From the IMG/VR virus record IMGVR_UViG_3300002348_000001, positions 3,455 to 19,978 of that record: 16,524 nucleotides of DNA; one strand, 5' to 3'. The notes beneath the pieces were generated by a model. The model saw nothing but the letters and a program-made list of their open reading frames with translations. It did not search any database and was not told where the DNA came from. Both the position numbers and the translations under genes were made by a program. Of this stretch, positions 15,201 to 16,524 are shown piece by piece. Origin of the DNA: a virus. Taxonomy: Duplodnaviria; Heunggongvirae; Uroviricota; Caudoviricetes. Positions within the stretch are counted from its first letter, which is position 1; each line of letters begins with the position of its first letter.

Positions 15201-16522
15201 TCTGTTAATGTTGCATTATCATTCTCATCAAATTCTATTGAATATCCTCTTAAATATTCCTCGTGTTTAAATTTAAACTCATCCCAATTATCTTCTACAG
15301 CCTTCCATAAAGCAAGAGATTTTTCTATGTGAGGAGCCCCTTGTTTTTCTGTAAATGTACCTTTCTCAATTAAAGCTTTTGTAGAACTTACAGTTTTAAG
15401 AATGTCTTTTTGAACTTGGTCTTTTAATTTTATATATAATTCCGTTTTGTTAATATTTGGAATAGTAAAAAAGCTTTTATTATCTCTGAAAATATTCTTT
15501 AAAGTGAGGTAGGTCATGTTTTGTATAACATCATGTCTTTCCTGACCATTCATTCCAATTATACTAAACTCTGCCCCAGCATTTGCAATAGCTTCTTCTA
15601 TATCAATCACTCCTTCTTTAGCGAAAGAAAGTGCTGAGTGATATGGAGAATATTGTTTGTAATATCCATTTCCTATTTTAGAGAATAGTTTTTCTGTATT
15701 ACTTCCAGCCTTATTTCCTGTAAAAAATTCCTTAATAAAACTAACGAGGTCTGCAAATAATTTTAATATAAATGGTCTTCCAGAAGTTGGTTTACCTGGA
15801 ATTTTTTTATACATTACATAATCTCTAAACTCTTCTGCTAGTTGTTCTTTAGCTTCTTGATTAGTGGCCTCAGAATATTTAACTTCTTTTCCTGTAGGTC
15901 TGTCTATAAAAGAACCTTTTCTAGCTTTAAACTCAGCTAATACATTAGCTTGTTCTTCAGCATCAGAAAACATTTTCCATACAGCTTCAAAAACCTCATG
16001 GTAAACAGTGCCCACTTCCGCATTCTCATATATGTATATAGCACCGTCTTGAAACATACCCCAAGCTTGTCTACCATTAGTAGCTTGTATTACATTCTTC
16101 ACTCTATATACAGGAACATTTGGAAAGTTTTCTTTTAACCACTTTTCCACCTTCTGCCAATTCTCTCCCTCAAATTTTTCTATTTCTTTAGCAATTTTCT
16201 CTCTAAACACAGGACCATCTTCATCAGAAGATTCCATCATTTGTCTTCTTATTTTGTCAAGATCTGACTCTGTCATTCCTTCAGATGCAATTTCTGTTTT
16301 AGCTTCCTCACTTATAATTTCTGCTGCTACAGGAGCTGTTTGTTCAGCCACTTTCTTTTTATATTCTTCTATCTGTGGAGCTAAAGTTTTTACAATTGAT
16401 CCTGCAAAAGCATCTTTAATTTGTTCTTCTGGTGCGTTAAGATCAGCTATTGCTTTTTCGATACCATCTCCAGACAGTTCTCCTTGAAACACTCCTTTTA
16501 TAGCATCATATGAAAAATTAAT
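9212..16522 (-). CDS. Virion-associated single-chain two-barrel (DPBB) DNA-dependent RNA polymerase, crAss-like / phi14:2 gp66 type, with N-terminal zincin-like domain; 5'-truncated
   Basis: Catalytic GSDFDIDKL at 11909..11935 (D1522/D1524/D1526 in ORF-track numbering), YRIPTQ at 12032..12049, TDGSGIIS at 13250..13273, also PVKP, FKSARKVG, GSQVTKL, SGKYAIGIAA and FIDGYVDISKGP (bridge-helix-like, ~11010..11045). The frame is open upstream of the GTG at 16492 (..INFSYDAIKG-V) to the window edge. Confidence 0.9.
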   Translation of the reverse strand: MNFSYDAIKGVFQGELSGDGIEKAIADLNAPEEQIKDAFAGSIVKTLAPQIEEYKKKVAEQTAPVAAEIISEEAKTEIASEGMTESDLDKIRRQMMESSDEDGPVFREKIAKEIEKFEGENWQKVEKWLKENFPNVPVYRVKNVIQATNGRQAWGMFQDGAIYIYENAEVGTVYHEVFEAVWKMFSDAEEQANVLAEFKARKGSFIDRPTGKEVKYSEATNQEAKEQLAEEFRDYVMYKKIPGKPTSGRPFILKLFADLVSFIKEFFTGNKAGSNTEKLFSKIGNGYYKQYSPYHSALSFAKEGVIDIEEAIANAGAEFSIIGMNGQERHDVIQNMTYLTLKNIFRDNKSFFTIPNINKTELYIKLKDQVQKDILKTVSSTKALIEKGTFTEKQGAPHIEKSLALWKAVEDNWDEFKFKHEEYLRGYSIEFDENDNATLTDENNSGKSDYQDARKIDNFKKANAAIKMLLSTVARVDRDGNMDRSTVNGAKLIPTSEVFMKVMNQVHSAKTIEEMLQGLKELGLKDNNYKTLYERLTKSAITVKGIDYSNLTEPHEAQLLASFWKTFKKMNADVKAVFILSNDDVVIGDSNLSSAARQLRSDFISQIVDAIKTKKSSYFVYDDKTRRFKGEPKSVPKTLLSASARIAFLEKLGISFTEEELKSLNSDKLKVFNTAVDGIRTSIEQAKEIATISGKVLDIEGQLLKLATIKAIITTPEFDSTYFNLNGERVQSFIGTNPGSDLYDVLSQVNNLNDVPAQYQYLLTDSFVKNSVILNKMFNLETGEKREDIENYLSIGYVDGTINEQSGKKKESSKLTYRERLIQEINLNLNGYYMNLVPGDASMEWMAYMGNHVSVKRLRATGMEDVNKIFKGYFISELLLSRDVNRNTKETKTRKSTDLRFFKPILGEKLHNDIVKETGTPEEVYKKYESKINAALKSFIEEDVNKFRNNLLSYGIINKTDLGWEVENIALSESVFENIDDLNRELTALNINFMINNIELHKLLYSDPYQYSDELKRIKNFLSPRQRLLGSDNINSLLNNVWNKGFKKGDLGYTDFNKNYFKTTTLADIVGVIDLPGYKEYEETDGSGIISFKAYRNFRIRSGEWNENEELQYKFDIKFEEAAKSGASKEELQKLLNKNPAAKSAYTPVKPIVAGNKDNGKNYNDVMLDKFALYPLSYRVMYEINASSNALKLYDKMQEENIDYVVFKSARKVGAEKTNSVYNEDGSFNTNEFEGVFNVPFDIMSVQSEVPSKDTPLVTRGSQVTKLITMDYMEAGVPVDFEETKTFPERYKAWYALDEEGRIKESTLYKEIKNNQNLLEAIATEGYNSLLNKLHITETTDGYVIEPDNVEKVAEFLRQELLKREVNDNISEAVRNYAQGSVILEATPAYQQIRNILYSIADKEVISPKISGGLKVQIPAALLESTKTELREINGKLGYTSDTLEFYKDEDGKRVCEIMVGRWFKSDLSDEELLKYLNETPEGQKILSGLAYRIPTQKQNSIDVFKIKRFLPKEFGDSVVIPSALVQKVGSDFDIDKLSIYFKNVFKNAKGNIEIVPFFGIDPNNKNKYEDIFFDILQSKIDKAEAKKISTADLQSLFSDISLGISSDKTANKWIPIFKQMFEKETEDGKLLVADIEEIFIKRLEKLGKKLSELTNWDVQQILLEEFKDKMYKESLENEYIESCEKLVSHPKNFKRLTSPNSADQLKDLSKKISDKLGVGAFNYDSTGNMLNRVFMSRLRQAFVSGKYAIGIAAVSQTNHSLNQRSPIYIDKNKLAIQDAADREWLGDAEINFEQYNSIEVDGEKVPTLSMIENAEGQDISDINGQFIDGYVDISKGPWIMELGATPNVASTWLFLAKIGVPIDTIAYFMNQPIVRDYLKSIERSGYSWLFIGDIFEDVISKYDSSITKPTKIPSKSKLWDMIGEGENLSPEQKADQRFILSEFVKYAKMANQLYLVTQGSNFDTASFNDPFLVFKKMEQLKKAKTSIISSVDDILENSFIGNLSDLLLKLRNALSTILVSDQTNVRGVMEKVLLPYINESDRDFVKISQKAVNDLFDWAVQNDRDLNTMVQRILLENNNVAKQMSDFIVDVKKSSKHPLKDNILINSLVPVFSQKLENGTNNLKIVGRDNKVYDQNQIIYAFEELKQYFKGIKSPLYGNLVRLAVLQSGLNRSPISFTSLIPYEDFKEIYNKTLSKLETIPNLNDFYKLGVFQRNNWNDGDVVPSRRLVKKQDQFGNWRYKNFDFFRNLSGFNKPMETGDIPQLIKFNTKSREADSDYVVFTWEVGNKYEKEAMRKKGDYSYIKKGLFKKIYSGDIPFTNEYTMNKDGQNIVITEYIYKMVNAWGDSFRAVEMYDVAKKSKIDNGFLKVEQEKEDDEILSYLDENLVSLESTTTEKTVSLKDGKTYSSEQLNTKMLVDMGYTLAEAGTIIKNNKC
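11909..11935 (-). other. RNAP metal-binding DxDxD motif (GSDFDIDKL)
   Basis: Direct translation. DFDID is the crAss-like counterpart of the cellular NADFDGD motif. Confidence 0.92.
15700..16160 (-). other. Zincin-like metallopeptidase fold with variant motif HEVFE (15986..16000)
   Basis: AWGMFQDGAIYIYENAEVGTVYHEVFEAVW ... KEQLAEEFRDY (15827..15847 for EQLAEEF) ... FILKLFADLVSFIKEFF. Typical zincin layout, but the second His of HExxH is Glu. Boundaries approximate. Confidence 0.65.
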
Positions 16523-16524
16523 AT

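Larger units (their letters stand above)
1..16524 (-). mobile_element. Segment of a crAss-like (Crassvirales-type) dsDNA phage genome: virion RNAP / cargo protein / tail fibre block
   Basis: Two adjacent ORFs of more than 2000 aa, one carrying the DFDID-type polymerase motif known from Cellulophaga phage phi14:2 gp66 and crAss-like phages, followed by a tail-fibre-like gene. Single coding strand, AT-rich, Bacteroidetes-type promoter, no Shine-Dalgarno sites. No host genes or integration features in the window. Confidence 0.85.

Noticed and set aside
3108-16487. The remaining short + strand ORFs (62-146 aa), several hydrophobic-looking
   Set aside because: All are antisense to the two giant genes. 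The Phe/Leu/Ser/Ile richness is the expected mirror of Lys/Glu/Asn codons.
9212-16492. Intein or self-splicing intron in the RNAP gene
   Set aside because: No frame break, no LAGLIDADG/HNH motif, and no C...HN-[CST] splice junction. The KLHND stretch lacks the required following nucleophile.
16490-16500. GTG start at 16492 with AAGGAG just upstream
   Set aside because: The SD-like hexamer abuts the GTG with no spacer, the frame stays open to the window edge, and the other genes use SD-less starts. More likely an internal codon.
1-16524. Stop-codon reassignment (TAG/TGA recoding seen in some crAss-like phages)
   Set aside because: About 16.3 kb of structural and RNAP coding sequence has no in-frame TAG or TGA, and both visible stops are TAA. 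Nothing here requires a non-standard code.

Overview
AT-rich, almost fully coding segment of a crAss-like (Crassvirales-type) phage genome, probably infecting a Bacteroidetes/Flavobacteriia host. All three real genes are on the minus strand. (1) 9212..>16522: a giant single-chain two-barrel virion RNA polymerase (GSDFDIDKL catalytic motif, YRIPTQ, TDGSGIIS) with an N-terminal zincin-like domain. Its frame stays open to the right edge, so the GTG start at 16492 is probably not the true start. (2) 2756..9208: a 2150-aa multidomain virion cargo/ejection-type protein with an unassigned EVQSD domain, an EExxH zincin-like domain, an apparently intact RecB-like PD-(D/E)xK nuclease and a C-terminal helical region with one hydrophobic segment. 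(3) <1..2652: an 884+-aa mosaic tail fibre that the ORF track misses, preceded by a Bacteroidetes-type TTG-N18-TATCTTTG promoter. The most unusual observations are these: the polymerase ends in Cys, and the only Cys of the next protein is residue 3, encoded across a 3-bp gap; both zincin motifs are non-canonical (HExxE and EExxH); and a nuclease is built into the putative ejection protein. All family assignments come from motif recognition, not database searches.
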